Notes: a model not told the origin generated them from the sequence alone. Counted from the stretch's first letter, positions 29,003 to 38,787 are shown. The stretch: DNA of 64,000 bases from an uncultured Chloroflexia bacterium (GCA_963766655.1 CAVYBB010000002.1:755329-819328); one strand, 5' to 3'. Numbers and translations are program-made.

Positions 29003-29650
29003 TTACAGCGCGATCGCTTCGGCGACGTACCGCTCCAGGGCGCCTCGCACGCGCGAGCGTGCCCGATGGAGCAGGACGCGCTGGTTGCCGGGGCTGATGT
29101 CGAGGGCTTCACAGACCTCGTCGGAGCTGAGGCCGTCAAGGTCGCGCAGGGTCATGACCGTTCGCTGTGCCTCCGACAGCCCGGCGAGTGTCGCCTCGAT
29201 CACCGATCGCGCCTCGCCGGCGAGGAGGCGGGCGTCCACGCCGCCGCCCCAATCGGCCGGCGGGTCGGCCCAGTGGCCGGCGTACCTGCCCGAATCGAGG
29301 AACCGCTCTGCATCGACAGACGGCCCGCCGTCGGCATCCCCGTCGTCGAACAGCGAGGAGAGCGGGATGGTGCGACGCTCTCGCTGGCCGCGGGTCCTGG
29401 CCTGGAATGTCGCGATCCGGAAGATCCACGTCCGCAGCGTCGACCGCCCCTCGAAGCGATCGAGCCCCTTGACGACGGCGATCCACGTGTCCTGGACCAC
29501 CTCTTCGGCGATCGCCTCCTCGCGGACGTACCGCATCGCCGTGCGGACGAGTGGCCGGTGGAGGCGCCCGACGAGCGTCGCGAAGGCACCCTCGTCACCG
29601 GTCCGCAGCGCCTCCAGGATCCGCTGATCGTCCTCGGGTTCGTCGGTCAT
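29003..29650 (-). CDS. ECF-type RNA polymerase sigma-70 factor
   Basis: Start is MTDEPEDDQRIL (ATG complement 29648-29650). Region 2 is VQDTWIAVVKGLDRFEGRSTLRTWIFRIA. Region 4 is VMTLRDLDGLSSDEVCEALDISPGNQRVLLHRARSRV. The region 2-4 linker is unusually long and acidic. Confidence 0.85.
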   Translation of the reverse strand: MTDEPEDDQRILEALRTGDEGAFATLVGRLHRPLVRTAMRYVREEAIAEEVVQDTWIAVVKGLDRFEGRSTLRTWIFRIATFQARTRGQRERRTIPLSSLFDDGDADGGPSVDAERFLDSGRYAGHWADPPADWGGGVDARLLAGEARSVIEATLAGLSEAQRTVMTLRDLDGLSSDEVCEALDISPGNQRVLLHRARSRVRGALERYVAEAIAL

Positions 29651-29699
29651 CGCGGTCAGGATAGTTGCGAAACAATCAGGGGTGGGCTCGGCATGGGGA

Positions 29700-30375
29700 G
29701 GAGCGCCCGCGCCGACCACGCGCCCGCGCCGCGCCGACCACGCGCCCGCGCCGCGCCGACCACGCGCCCGCGCCGGACCACGCGCCCGCGCCGCGCCGAC
29801 CACGCGCCCGCGCCGCGCCGCGCCCGCGCCGCGCCGATTGGTCCTCCCGGCGGACCAACGAGCGGTCGGGCCCGGTGGAATTGGCCGAATCGGGTGCTTC
29901 GTCCGCCACATGGTCCGCGGGCCGGACCAAACGACGCGTGGCGCCCCCGAAGCGCCCCGAAACGGGCGGCTCGAACGCTGGTTGGTCCGCCAGCCGGACC
30001 ACGCGCCCGCGCCGCGCCGCGCCCGCGCCGCGCCGACCACGCGCCCGCGCCGCGCCGACCACGCGCCCGCGCCGACCACGCGCCCGCGCCGCGCCGATTG
30101 GTCCTCCAGGCGGACCAACGAGCGGTCGGGCCCGGTGGAACGGGCCGAATTCGGGTGCTTCGTCCGCCACATGGTCCGCGGGCCGGACCAAACGACGCGT
30201 GGCGCCCCCGAAGCGCCCCGAAACGGGCGGCTCGAACGCTGCTTGGTCCGCCAGCCGGACCACGCGAGCACGCGGACACGCGGCGTCGGGCCGCGCGACC
30301 ACGCGGACACGCGGCGCCGGGCCACGCGCCTGGCGCGGCGCCGGGCCACGCGCCTGGCGCGGCGCCAGGCACAGC
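29700..30375. repeat. Complex higher-order repeat: blocks of ~22-bp units (GACCACGCGCCCGCGCCGCGCC) alternating with two copies of a ~170-bp hairpin-rich unit (period 260 bp)
   Basis: The 170-bp unit at 29836-30004 recurs at 30096-30265 with only a few substitutions or 1-nt indels. Short-unit arrays lie at 29700-29835 and 30000-30095. Variant units are GACCACGCGGACACGCGGCG and GGGCCACGCGCCTGGCGCGGCGCC at 30266-30370. Confidence 0.9.
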
Positions 30376-30381
30376 CCGGGC

Positions 30382-31449
30382 TCAACCGGGGAGGCTGAAC
30401 CAGAATCGCGTCATGCCGTCGCGCGACTCCGCGCCGACCGCGCCGCCGGCCGCTTCCACGATCTGGCGGACGATCGCCAGCCCGATCCCGGCCCCGCCGT
30501 GGGCCCGGTCGCGGGACTTGTCGACCCTGTAGAAGCGCTCGAAGACGTGCGGGAGATCGGCGGCCGGGATTCCCGCGCCGGAGTTCGCGACCGACACGAG
30601 GACGTCGGCCGGCCGCCGCTCCGCCCGGATCGAGATCCGGCCGCCGGCGGGCGTGTACCGCACTGCGTTCTGGAGCAGGTTGCCGACGACCTGGGCGAGC
30701 TGGTCCGGGTCGCCGCGGGCGGGCAGGGAGTCGGGCAGCTCGACATCGATCTCCAGCCCGGCCGATCGGGCGGCCGGCCGGACGAGCTCAACGGTCGTGC
30801 GGATCGTGACCGAGAGATCGAGATCGACGACGGCCGACGGGGCCCCGGCATCCCCCGCGGCGAGCGTATCGAGCGAGCGGGACAGCCGAACGAGCCGCTC
30901 CGCCTCGTCGAGGAGCGACTCGAACGTCGCCCGATCGGGTTCGATGACGCCGTCGCGGAGTGCCTCGAGATAGCCCTGGAGGTTCGTCAGCGGCGTCCGC
31001 AGCTCGTGGGCGGCGTTGGCAATGAACTCCCGGCGCATCCGCTCCTGCTCCTCGAGAGCCGCGGCCATCTGGTTGAACGAGTCCGAGAGGCTGACGATCT
31101 CCTCCGGGCCCTGGCGCGGGATCCTGGCCTCGTAGTCGCCCTCGGCGATCCGGCGCGCTGCCCCACCGATCTCCCGGAGCGGCCGAGCCAACCGGGCCCC
31201 GAGCACGCCGGCGACCGCGACGGCGACGATCACGGCGAACACGGACGTGGCGACGACCACCCAGCCGACGGAATCCTGGAACATCGCCCGGCTCGATTCG
31301 GCGGTCTCGCCGTGCTCGGTCATGAGGTCGGCGAAGCTCTGGCCACCGACGACCATGACCCCGATCGCGAGGATCGCGATCGCCAGGCCGGCGACGACCA
31401 GCGCCGCGAGGGCGATCCGGGCCGCGATTCCTCCCGCCCGTCGCGTCAT
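30382..31449 (-). CDS. Sensor histidine kinase (2 TM, HAMP, HisKA, HATPase_c)
   Basis: Contains FIANAAHELRTPLT (H-box), the HAMP segment LARPLREIGGAARRIAEGDYEARI, and ATP-lid blocks NLLQNAVRYTP and GAGIGLAIV. Confidence 0.85.
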   Translation of the reverse strand: MTRRAGGIAARIALAALVVAGLAIAILAIGVMVVGGQSFADLMTEHGETAESSRAMFQDSVGWVVVATSVFAVIVAVAVAGVLGARLARPLREIGGAARRIAEGDYEARIPRQGPEEIVSLSDSFNQMAAALEEQERMRREFIANAAHELRTPLTNLQGYLEALRDGVIEPDRATFESLLDEAERLVRLSRSLDTLAAGDAGAPSAVVDLDLSVTIRTTVELVRPAARSAGLEIDVELPDSLPARGDPDQLAQVVGNLLQNAVRYTPAGGRISIRAERRPADVLVSVANSGAGIPAADLPHVFERFYRVDKSRDRAHGGAGIGLAIVRQIVEAAGGAVGAESRDGMTRFWFSLPG

Positions 31450-32216
31450 CCGGCACCGGCCTCGTCGACGGGCGCGGCGCGATAGCCGACCCCTCGCACC
31501 GTCGCCACGTAGCGCGGCCGATCGGCGTCGTCGCCGAGCTTGTCCCGCAGCCGGCCGATGTGGACGTCGACCGTCCGGTCGAGCACCTCGGCCTCGTCCT
31601 GGCCGTAGACGGCGTCGAGCAGCTGGTCGCGGGTCAGCACGCGGCCGTCCGCGTCGAGGAGCGTGACGAGGAGCCGGAACTCGACCGCGGTGAGCGGGAT
31701 GAGGCGGTTCGCGATTCGCGCCTCGTGACGCTCGCGGTCGACGATCAGGTCGGCGTGCCTGATCGGCGCCGCGGCCCGACCGCCGCGCGTGGCCGGACCG
31801 CGTCCGGCTCCGCCGCCGCCCGTCCGCTCGAGGATCCGCTGGACGCGGAGGACGAGCTCTGCCGGCGAGAACGGCTTCGGGAGGTAGTCGTCGGCGCCGG
31901 CACCCAATCCGGTGATCCGGTCGTCAGTCAGGCCGCGCGCCGACAGGACGATCACTGGGACCCGGTCCGTCCGGCGAACCGCCCGCAGGACCGCGAGGCC
32001 GTCGATCTCCGGGAGCATGATGTCGAGGATCACCAGGGCCGGCGCCTCGTCGGCGATCGCCTCGAGCGCGCTCCGCCCGTCGGTCGCCTCGATGACGCGA
32101 TACCCGGCTCGCTCGAGATACGTCCGGACGAGGCGGACGATCTTGACGTCGTCGTCGACGACGAGGATCGGTCGACCTGTCGTCCTGCTCGCCGTGGGCT
32201 CGCTCATCGTCTGCAT
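31446..32216 (-). CDS. OmpR-family response regulator
   Basis: Contains ILVVDDDVKIVRL...LVILDIMLPEIDG...DDYLPKPF plus a winged-helix C-terminal part (YVATVRGVGYR). The stop overlaps the kinase start (ATGA). The start is 32216 or 32207. The rest of ORF 31446..32723 is spurious. Confidence 0.9.
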   Translation of the reverse strand: MQTMSEPTASRTTGRPILVVDDDVKIVRLVRTYLERAGYRVIEATDGRSALEAIADEAPALVILDIMLPEIDGLAVLRAVRRTDRVPVIVLSARGLTDDRITGLGAGADDYLPKPFSPAELVLRVQRILERTGGGGAGRGPATRGGRAAAPIRHADLIVDRERHEARIANRLIPLTAVEFRLLVTLLDADGRVLTRDQLLDAVYGQDEAEVLDRTVDVHIGRLRDKLGDDADRPRYVATVRGVGYRAAPVDEAGAG

Positions 32217-32354
32217 CCTAGGCGCCTCGAACGTCGGTTGTGCGTGGCCCCACGGTCGGCGATGTCGATGACCGCCCGATGACGGCGGGCGTGCCTCCGT
32301 GGGGCAATTCGTCCGATTTCGAACGTCGCGCCGCGATGCGGCGCCGGCACGGCG

Positions 32355-33569
32355 GTGTACGGTCGGGGCGTGACCGGCGCCCGATCGACTCCGGCGAGCC
32401 TTGGCGAGGTGTTCCGCGCCGCGCTCGGCCTCGGCCTGACCTCGTTCGGCGGCCCGATCGCCCACCTCGGCTACTTCCGGCGTGAGTACGTGGAGCGGCG
32501 CGGCTGGTTCGACGACCGGGGCTTCGCCGATCTCGTGGCGCTCTGTCAGTCGCTGCCGGGGCCGGCCAGCAGCCAGCTCGGGATCGCAATCGGTGCCCGC
32601 CAGGCGGGTGTGCTCGGCGGCTTCGTCTCGTGGATCGGGTTCACCGTCCCCTCGGCGATCGCGCTCGTTCTCTTCGGGCTCGTGAGCGGGTCGGCCGATC
32701 TGTCGACTGCCGGCTGGCTCCACGGCCTGAAGCTCGCCGCGGTCGCGGTCGTGGCCCAGGCCGTGTACCTCCTGGCCCGCTCGCTGGCGCCCGATTGGCC
32801 GCGGCGGACACTCGCGCTGGCGGGCATGGCGGTCGCCCTCCTGTCGACGACGCCGTTCTCACAGCTCGCGATCATCGTGGGCGGGGGGATCGTCGGGTCG
32901 CTCCTGCTCCAGGCGCCACCGCGGGGGCTCGCGACCGCAACGCTACCGAGCCCGATCGGGCGACGGGTCGGGGCGGTGGCGCTTTGTCTCTTCTTTGCTC
33001 TCCTGATCGCGCTGCCGCTCGCGCGGGCCGCGACCGGATCGGAGGGTCTCGCGATGGTCGACACGTTCTACCGCACCGGCTCGCTCGTCTTCGGTGGCGG
33101 TCACGTCGTGCTGCCGCTGCTCCACGCCGGGGTCGTCGATCCGGGCTGGGTGAGCGAAGACCGCTTCCTCGCCGGCTACGGCGCGGCACAGGCGGTCCCG
33201 GGACCTCTCTTCTCGTTCGCGGCGTATCTCGGCGCCGTGTCCGTGCCGCCGCTCGGTGGCTGGCCGGGCGCCGCGGTCGCCCTCATCTCGATCTACCTCC
33301 CGTCGTTCCTCCTCCTGTTCGGCGTCCTGCCGTACTGGGACGGGCTGCGGCAATCGGCCGCGTTCCGGCGGGCGCTCGTCGGCGCGAACGCGGCGGTCGT
33401 CGGCCTGCTGGCAGCGGCCCTCTACCGGCCGATCTGGACCGGCGCGATCGATTCGGGCGCCGACGTCGCGATCGCGGTGGCCGGCCTCGCGCTCCTCGTC
33501 GTGGTCCGCATGCCCCCGATCGCCGTCGTGGTCCTGGCAGCGCTCGCGGGCCAGCTCATCCGCGGGTGA
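32355..33569 (+). CDS. chrA: Chromate transporter ChrA (two CHR domains)
   Basis: Contains LGLTSFGGPIAHLGYFRREYVERRGW...LCQSLPGPASSQ. The second half has GSLVFGGGHVVLPLL...GYGAAQAVPGPLFSFAAYLG. Confidence 0.85.
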   Translation: MYGRGVTGARSTPASLGEVFRAALGLGLTSFGGPIAHLGYFRREYVERRGWFDDRGFADLVALCQSLPGPASSQLGIAIGARQAGVLGGFVSWIGFTVPSAIALVLFGLVSGSADLSTAGWLHGLKLAAVAVVAQAVYLLARSLAPDWPRRTLALAGMAVALLSTTPFSQLAIIVGGGIVGSLLLQAPPRGLATATLPSPIGRRVGAVALCLFFALLIALPLARAATGSEGLAMVDTFYRTGSLVFGGGHVVLPLLHAGVVDPGWVSEDRFLAGYGAAQAVPGPLFSFAAYLGAVSVPPLGGWPGAAVALISIYLPSFLLLFGVLPYWDGLRQSAAFRRALVGANAAVVGLLAAALYRPIWTGAIDSGADVAIAVAGLALLVVVRMPPIAVVVLAALAGQLIRG

Positions 33570-34254
33570 TGAGCGTGTCGATCAGCTCGGCGAGTTCGGC
33601 CGGGCGCGTCAGGAACGGCGAGTGGCTGCCGTCGATCTCGACCGGTTCGACGCCCAGCCGCTCTCGCGCGGCGATCCGGCCCCAGGCCGGGTTCACCGCC
33701 CGGTCGTCGCGACAGACGATGTAGTCACACTCGACCGACGGCCACGCCTCGAGCGGAGTCGGCTCGTTCATCACCCGGTAGGACTGGGGCCGGAAGCGCG
33801 CCACGGCGGACGCGGCGACGTCCGGCGGCGCGTCGTGGAAGAACAGCTCGGTGGCGGTGTTCGGCCCGACCATCCAGACGTCGTCGCCGAGCGCCGTCCA
33901 CTCCGCGCTCGTCAACGGAACGATCCCGTCGATCGGCTCCGCGGCCCGCTGCTCGGTGGCGCTCGAGCCCGGTCGCGGCAGCATCGCGGCCAGGAACACG
34001 AGGCGCCGGACCGGCTGGCGGGCGGCGACGATCGGAGTCACGAGGCCGCCCATCGAGTGCCCGACGATGACGGGCTCGCTCCCCGGTGCGATCGCGCTCG
34101 CGACGGCGTCGGCGTACTCCGCCGCCCCGGCCGCCGTATCCGAGATCGGCATGTCGACGGCGACCGCCGTGTGCCCGCGACGCTCGAGCTCCGGGATGAG
34201 CAGCTCCCAGCACCACGCACCGTGGTAGGCGCCATGAACGAGGACGATGTCCAC
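33556..34254 (-). CDS. Alpha/beta hydrolase (esterase, MenH/SABP2-like)
   Basis: Contains MDIVLVHGAYHGAWCW and the nucleophile elbow VGHSMGG. Length is 232 aa. Confidence 0.75.
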   Translation of the reverse strand: MDIVLVHGAYHGAWCWELLIPELERRGHTAVAVDMPISDTAAGAAEYADAVASAIAPGSEPVIVGHSMGGLVTPIVAARQPVRRLVFLAAMLPRPGSSATEQRAAEPIDGIVPLTSAEWTALGDDVWMVGPNTATELFFHDAPPDVAASAVARFRPQSYRVMNEPTPLEAWPSVECDYIVCRDDRAVNPAWGRIAARERLGVEPVEIDGSHSPFLTRPAELAELIDTLITRG

Positions 34255-34257
34255 CTG

Positions 34258-34956
34258 CTACCTCTCGATCAGGTTGCGGGGCCGCCCGAGGGCTTCGGCG
34301 ACCTCGTTGAGGGTGGGAACGACGGCGGCCGCGCCGGCGCCCTCCAGGATCCTCGCGTCGACCGCCGAACCAGCGGAGACCCCGATGGCGATCATCCCGG
34401 CCGCGACAGCCGAGACCATGTCCCACGTGGAGTCGCCAATGTACCAGCAGCGCGCCGGCTCGACGCCGACCTGGCTCGCCGCGAAGAGCAGGAGATCCGG
34501 CTCCGGTTTCGCGTGCTCGACGTTGCTGGCGTCGACGATCGTCGGCTCGGCCGGCAGGGCGAGCGCCGCGACGGACGCCGCGACCTGTTCCCTGCGACTC
34601 GACGTCGCGATCGCCCACGGGATGCCGAGCCGCTCGATCGCCTCGACCACGCGCCGGACGCCCGGCAGGGCCCGTGGCGAGTGGTTCAACCGGGCGTAGA
34701 TCTCGCCGGCCCGCCGGTCGATCTCCTCGGAGCGGGCTTCGTCGATCGGCTGGCCGGCGAGCGCGGCGATCTCGCGGGCGAGGCGCTTCCCGTCGACGCC
34801 GATGAACGGTCCAAGGCGGTCGTGTGTCGTCGGCAGGCCTGCCTCGGCGAGTGCGTCGAGCCAGGCATCGATGCGTGTCTCGACCGTGTCGACGAGGGTC
34901 CCGTCCAGGTCGAAGAGGACCGCCCCTGGGATCGGCAGGTAGGTCGCGCTGGTCAT
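34258..34956 (-). CDS. HAD-family phosphatase (beta-phosphoglucomutase / phosphoglycolate phosphatase-like)
   Basis: Start is MTSATYLPIPGAVLFDLDGTLVDT (ATG complement 34954-34956). Also contains ATSS and YIGDSTWDM. The longer ORF to 35037 would overlap the tRNA. Confidence 0.8.
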   Translation of the reverse strand: MTSATYLPIPGAVLFDLDGTLVDTVETRIDAWLDALAEAGLPTTHDRLGPFIGVDGKRLAREIAALAGQPIDEARSEEIDRRAGEIYARLNHSPRALPGVRRVVEAIERLGIPWAIATSSRREQVAASVAALALPAEPTIVDASNVEHAKPEPDLLLFAASQVGVEPARCWYIGDSTWDMVSAVAAGMIAIGVSAGSAVDARILEGAGAAAVVPTLNEVAEALGRPRNLIER

Positions 34957-34994
34957 GCGGGCGTCACCGTCGCTCGGCGGGGATTCGTGGAGCT

Positions 34995-35071
34995 TGGGGT
35001 GGCCTATGGGTCTCGAACCCATAACCTTCGGATCCACATTCCGATGCTCTGCCTATTGAGCTAAGGCCACC
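34995..35071 (-). tRNA. tRNA-His (anticodon GTG) with encoded G-1 and 3' CCA
   Basis: Folded by hand from the reverse complement: G-1, acceptor GTGGCCT/AGGCCAC, D arm GCTC-AATAGGCA-GAGC, anticodon arm TCGGA-ATGTGGA-TCCGA, variable loop AGGTT, T arm ATGGG-TTCGAGA-CCCAT, discriminator C, then CCA. Confidence 0.95.
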
Positions 35072-35156
35072 GCGGGGTCGCGTCGACGGCCGCAGCCGCG
35101 AGCGGGCCGAAGTCTACCGCAATGGGGCCCGGCTCCGGAAAGCGCGGGTCAGTCGC

Positions 35157-36617
35157 TCAGTTCGGCGCCGGTGTCGTGCCGCCGCGGGCGGTCGGCCGGA
35201 CGCCGGTCACCGTGACGCGCGGAATCCAGCCGGTCAGGCCGATCGGCGTCCTGACATTCAGGTATCCGTCCTGGGAGCCGATGATCTCGACCTCGTCGCC
35301 TCGCTCGAGGCGGGCCAGCATCGGCTCGAACTCATCCGGCAGGGCCGCCATCCGAACGCCCTGGTACGAGACGAAGACGCGTTCGATGCCCTTCGCGGGC
35401 GGCTTGGCGAACGCACTGGGCGCGACGGCGACGGACGCGACTGCCGCGTCGGCGGGCGCCGGCGGGGCGGCGGGCGACTTGCTCGCGGGCTTCTTGCTTC
35501 GCGATCGCTTCGAGGGCGCCGCGTCCTTGACGGCGATCGCCGGTGCCACCTGGGGCGCGACGCTGACCGGCGGTGGGACCGTGGGCGGCGGCGCGACCGG
35601 GCCGGGCGACTCGAGGACGAACGTGGCGAGCGACGGCGAGTCCTCGCGGGGTCGCCGCCGGATGAGGAACAGGAACAGGAAGATGCCGGCGGTGGTCGTC
35701 CCGAGCCAGGCGAAGACCGGGACACTGAGCGGGACGGAACCGAACGGCAGCGAAGGACCGCCGAGGCTGTTGTCACCGTTGCCGCCGCCCGTCGTCCCGG
35801 CGCCGGTGCCACCTGTGCTCGCGGACCCGGTTGGATGCGCTCCCGGGCCACCGGCAAGCGCAGTGGTGATCGTCCCGGAGGCGGTTGGCGAGGGAGTCGA
35901 CTGGGCGGTCGGCGGAGCAGGCGTCGCGGGCACTGCGGTCGGCGCCCTGGTCGGCGCGACGGGCGCCGGCGTGACGACGACCGTCGTCTTCTGGGTGGCC
36001 TTGGCCGTCGGGCGAGGCGTCGGCTTCGGGGTGGGCCTGGGCGTGGGTTGCGGAGTCGGGTGAGGCGTGGGCTTCGGCGTCGGCTTGGGTGTCGGCGCGG
36101 GCGTCGGGGCCGGGGTGGGCTTGGGAGTCGGATTCGGCGTCGGCTTGGGCGTCGGCGCTGGCGTTGGTGCGGGCGTCGGTGGCGGCGTCGCCGGTGCCGT
36201 GACGGTGACAGTTCTGGGGTCGACCAGCGTGTGGTCGCACTGCCGGCCGCGGTCATCGATCGATCGGAAGGCGTACCCGCGGGTGCCGACCGGCAAGGTC
36301 CGCGAACCGGTGAATGTCACGCCGCCGTCCCAGTCGGACCCGGAGGGCGTGAGGTCGGTCAAGGAGCCGTTGAGCACCAGTCGGACCGACCGCGGCGCGT
36401 CGTTGCCCGAGTCGACGAAATGGACCGAGAAATGGAATGTGGTCGCCGTCGTTCCGGTCGCCGGGCTGACCGTGCCTCGGTCGAGGGTGACCTGGCCGCA
36501 GACCCTGGCGAAGACCGGCGAAACCGACAGACCGACCACGGACGCGAACAGCCAGCTCGAGAGCGCGAGCGCGCCCGCGAGGCGGAATCGTGGCTGCCCC
36601 GTTCGGTTGACGTCCAT
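35157..36617 (-). CDS. Bitopic membrane protein: exported N-terminal domain, Pro/Thr-rich linker, TM helix, cytoplasmic Ala/Pro-rich region and C-terminal SH3-like domain
   Basis: Start is [11 protein letters not shown] (ATG complement 36615-36617) with a signal-like helix. The (P-T-P-x)n linker spans about 60 residues. The TM helix is [19 protein letters not shown]. The C-terminal [31 protein letters not shown] is SH3b-like. Confidence 0.65.
   Translation of the reverse strand: MDVNRTGQPRFRLAGALALSSWLFASVVGLSVSPVFARVCGQVTLDRGTVSPATGTTATTFHFSVHFVDSGNDAPRSVRLVLNGSLTDLTPSGSDWDGGVTFTGSRTLPVGTRGYAFRSIDDRGRQCDHTLVDPRTVTVTAPATPPPTPAPTPAPTPKPTPNPTPKPTPAPTPAPTPKPTPKPTPHPTPQPTPRPTPKPTPRPTAKATQKTTVVVTPAPVAPTRAPTAVPATPAPPTAQSTPSPTASGTITTALAGGPGAHPTGSASTGGTGAGTTGGGNGDNSLGGPSLPFGSVPLSVPVFAWLGTTTAGIFLFLFLIRRRPREDSPSLATFVLESPGPVAPPPTVPPPVSVAPQVAPAIAVKDAAPSKRSRSKKPASKSPAAPPAPADAAVASVAVAPSAFAKPPAKGIERVFVSYQGVRMAALPDEFEPMLARLERGDEVEIIGSQDGYLNVRTPIGLTGWIPRVTVTGVRPTARGGTTPAPN
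36010..36190. repeat. Coding low-complexity repeat (GGCGTCGGCTTSGG-type units encoding TPxP)
   Basis: Repeated 12-nt-phase units are visible at DNA level inside CDS 35157..36617. They translate to [23 protein letters not shown]... Confidence 0.7.
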
Positions 36618-36731
36618 CCCCTCGTACGTCGTTTGGGTGATACCCGGAACGTAGGCATTGGGCACTCGCGCGTCATTGGGCCCAACGTTGGTCGTGGCCG
36701 GTACTTTGGTCACGGACACAGGGCGGACTGG

Positions 36732-38495
36732 ATGCCGTACACAGTCATCAACCCCCACCCACCACCCGAGAACATGCTCGATCATCCGCCCGACCCGGCC
36801 CCGCACCATCGCGACGCTCGCTCCACGGCCATTCGCGAACGAATGGTCCGAATCCTCGTGGTCGAGTTCGCCGTCCTCATGGCAGTCGCCGCCGTCGAGG
36901 GGTTCTGGCCCGGCCGGGGTCCGGGGCTGGACAATGCCGTCGGCTTCCTCATCGTCTGCTCGATCGTCATTCCCCTCGCGATGGCCGGTCTGTCGCGACC
37001 GATCCTCCGCGACGTCGAGCGGCTCGAGGAGGAACGCAGCCGGCTCCTGGAGCTGTACGACCGGGCGCGCCTCGACGCATTGATCGACGGCCTGACGGGC
37101 CTCGGCAATCACCGCGCCTTCCAGGACGAGCTGTCGCGCCAGATCAGCCAGGCCGTGCGCCAGGGGACCAGCCTCGCCCTGCTCCTCGTCGACGTCGACG
37201 ACCTCAAGAAGATCAACGACGGCCGCGGCCACGCCGCCGGTGACGACCTGCTGACCTCGCTCGGCCGAATCGCCGCCACGTCGCTCCGCCGTTATGACCG
37301 GGCCTTCCGCATCGGTGGCGACGAGTTCGCCATCCTCCTGCCCGGCGCCGACATCGAGCGCGGGCTCGCGACCGCCCGGCACATCCTGGCGAGTGCCCTG
37401 AGCGGCGGCGACCCCACCCGGCCGCGCGAGGCGTTCTCCCTTTCGATCGGGATCTCGTCGTTCCCATCACCCAGCGGCGATGGCCGTCTGCTCTACCGCC
37501 ACGCAGACGCCGCCCTGTACTGGTGCAAGCGGCACGGCCGGACGAACGCCGTTGCCTTCGAGCCGGCCCGTCATGGCTCCGCCGAGGATGCGTCGACCGC
37601 CGACGTCACGCTGGCGCTCGGCGCGATCCTCGCGGATCGGTCGCTCCGGCCGGTCTACCAGCCGATCTTCTCGCTCGCGACCGGCGAACCCATCGGCTAC
37701 GAGGGCCTGGTCCGGCCGACCGACGGTGCCCCGTTCAGCGACGCCGGCAGCCTGTTCGCAGCCGCCGAGCGGGCGGACCGGATCGTCGAGCTCGACATGG
37801 CCTGCCTCCAGATCGTCGCCGACGGGACCGGCCAGCTCGAGCCGAACACGTATCTCAGCATCAACCTCTCGCCCCGGACCCTCGAATCGGACCAGTTCCA
37901 GGCCGTCGAGCTGACCGCGATCTTCCAGAAGCGCGGCATCATGCCTCACCAGATCGTCGTCGAGCTGACCGAGCGCGAGGCGGTCCAGGACCTCGAGCAG
38001 CTGCGGCAGAACGCGGCGGCCTGTCGACGGGCCGGGATGCGCCTTGCGGCCGACGACGTCGGCTCGGGCAACGCCGGCCTGCGGCTCCTGAGCGAGATCC
38101 AGTTCGACATCATCAAGGTCGACCTGTCGCTGGTCCAGGGCGGCCTCCTCCACGATCCGTCGCACGCGGTCCTTCGGGCGCTGCAGGAGCTCGGGACCCA
38201 CTGGAAGGCGACACTCGTGGCCGAGGGCGTCGAGACGGGCGAGCAGCTGGCAGCGATCCGCGGGCTCGGGTTTGCCGCCGGCCAGGGCTACCTTCTGGGC
38301 CGACCGAAGCCGGAGCGCCATGTCGACCGGGTCGACCTGGAGTCGCTCTTGCCGATGGGGCTGTTCAGCAGCATGGTCGGCGCCAAGACGCAGCCGGTCC
38401 TCGCGCCTCCGCCACCGGTCGAGAAGGTCGAGGCGCCGCCGGCCAAGACCCCTCGCACTCGGCGCCGACGCGTCCCCACCGCCCCTCGAGCCTGA
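36732..38495 (+). CDS. Membrane-associated GGDEF-EAL protein (diguanylate cyclase / c-di-GMP phosphodiesterase)
   Basis: It has two N-terminal TM helices and a coiled segment. GGDEF domain blocks are [28 protein letters not shown] and RIGGDEF. EAL domain blocks are YQPI, YEGLVRP, ELTE, DDVGSG, KVD, EGVET and QGYLLGRP. The start is 36732 or 36774. The upstream 300 aa of ORF 35835..38495 is antisense to the PT-rich gene. Confidence 0.85.
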   Translation: MPYTVINPHPPPENMLDHPPDPAPHHRDARSTAIRERMVRILVVEFAVLMAVAAVEGFWPGRGPGLDNAVGFLIVCSIVIPLAMAGLSRPILRDVERLEEERSRLLELYDRARLDALIDGLTGLGNHRAFQDELSRQISQAVRQGTSLALLLVDVDDLKKINDGRGHAAGDDLLTSLGRIAATSLRRYDRAFRIGGDEFAILLPGADIERGLATARHILASALSGGDPTRPREAFSLSIGISSFPSPSGDGRLLYRHADAALYWCKRHGRTNAVAFEPARHGSAEDASTADVTLALGAILADRSLRPVYQPIFSLATGEPIGYEGLVRPTDGAPFSDAGSLFAAAERADRIVELDMACLQIVADGTGQLEPNTYLSINLSPRTLESDQFQAVELTAIFQKRGIMPHQIVVELTEREAVQDLEQLRQNAAACRRAGMRLAADDVGSGNAGLRLLSEIQFDIIKVDLSLVQGGLLHDPSHAVLRALQELGTHWKATLVAEGVETGEQLAAIRGLGFAAGQGYLLGRPKPERHVDRVDLESLLPMGLFSSMVGAKTQPVLAPPPPVEKVEAPPAKTPRTRRRRVPTAPRA

Positions 38496-38743
38496 CGCCG
38501 AGGCGCCCGCCACCGCCCGCCACCCGTACGGAGCATCTGGCACGCCCCACGTGCAGATGGGACGTGCTGGACGGATCAGACGACCGATGTGCGCCTGATC
38601 GAGCGGGATTGGGGCCGGAATTGTCGGTTCTGGCACGCGGGGCGAACCAATCCGACGAGCAGCACCCGGCGGACCCGTCATTCGCAGCGCATTCGCTCGC
38701 CCCGCGTTCCATCCGCATGCGCGGGCGGGCTGCGACCTCGGGG

Positions 38744-38772
38744 TTGACCCGCACGCCCGTCGCCGCTACCGT
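38744..38772 (+). promoter_or_regulatory. Putative sigma-70-type promoter of the riboswitch-thrC transcript
   Basis: TTGACC (38744-38749), a 17-nt spacer, then TACCGT (38767-38772, TAnnnT), about 15 nt upstream of the riboswitch P1. Confidence 0.4.
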
Positions 38773-38787
38773 AGCCGGCAACTGAAT

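Noticed and set aside
29003-31485. Long ORFs reading through the 29.7-30.4 kb repeat (460, 488, 606, 238 and 208 aa)
   Set aside because: The translations are periodic RPRRADHAPAP-type strings generated by the DNA repeat in every frame. Only the 215-aa ECF sigma part (29003-29650) and the kinase gene on the opposite side are credible.
34957-35037. Longer start for the HAD phosphatase (ORF 34258..35037)
   Set aside because: It would overlap tRNA-His on the same strand. The conserved DxD motif lies just after the internal Met at 34956.
35835-36731. N-terminal ~300 aa of ORF 35835..38495
   Set aside because: It is antisense to the Pro/Thr-rich gene and translates to Arg/Gly repeats. The GGDEF-EAL protein begins with its TM region after 36732.
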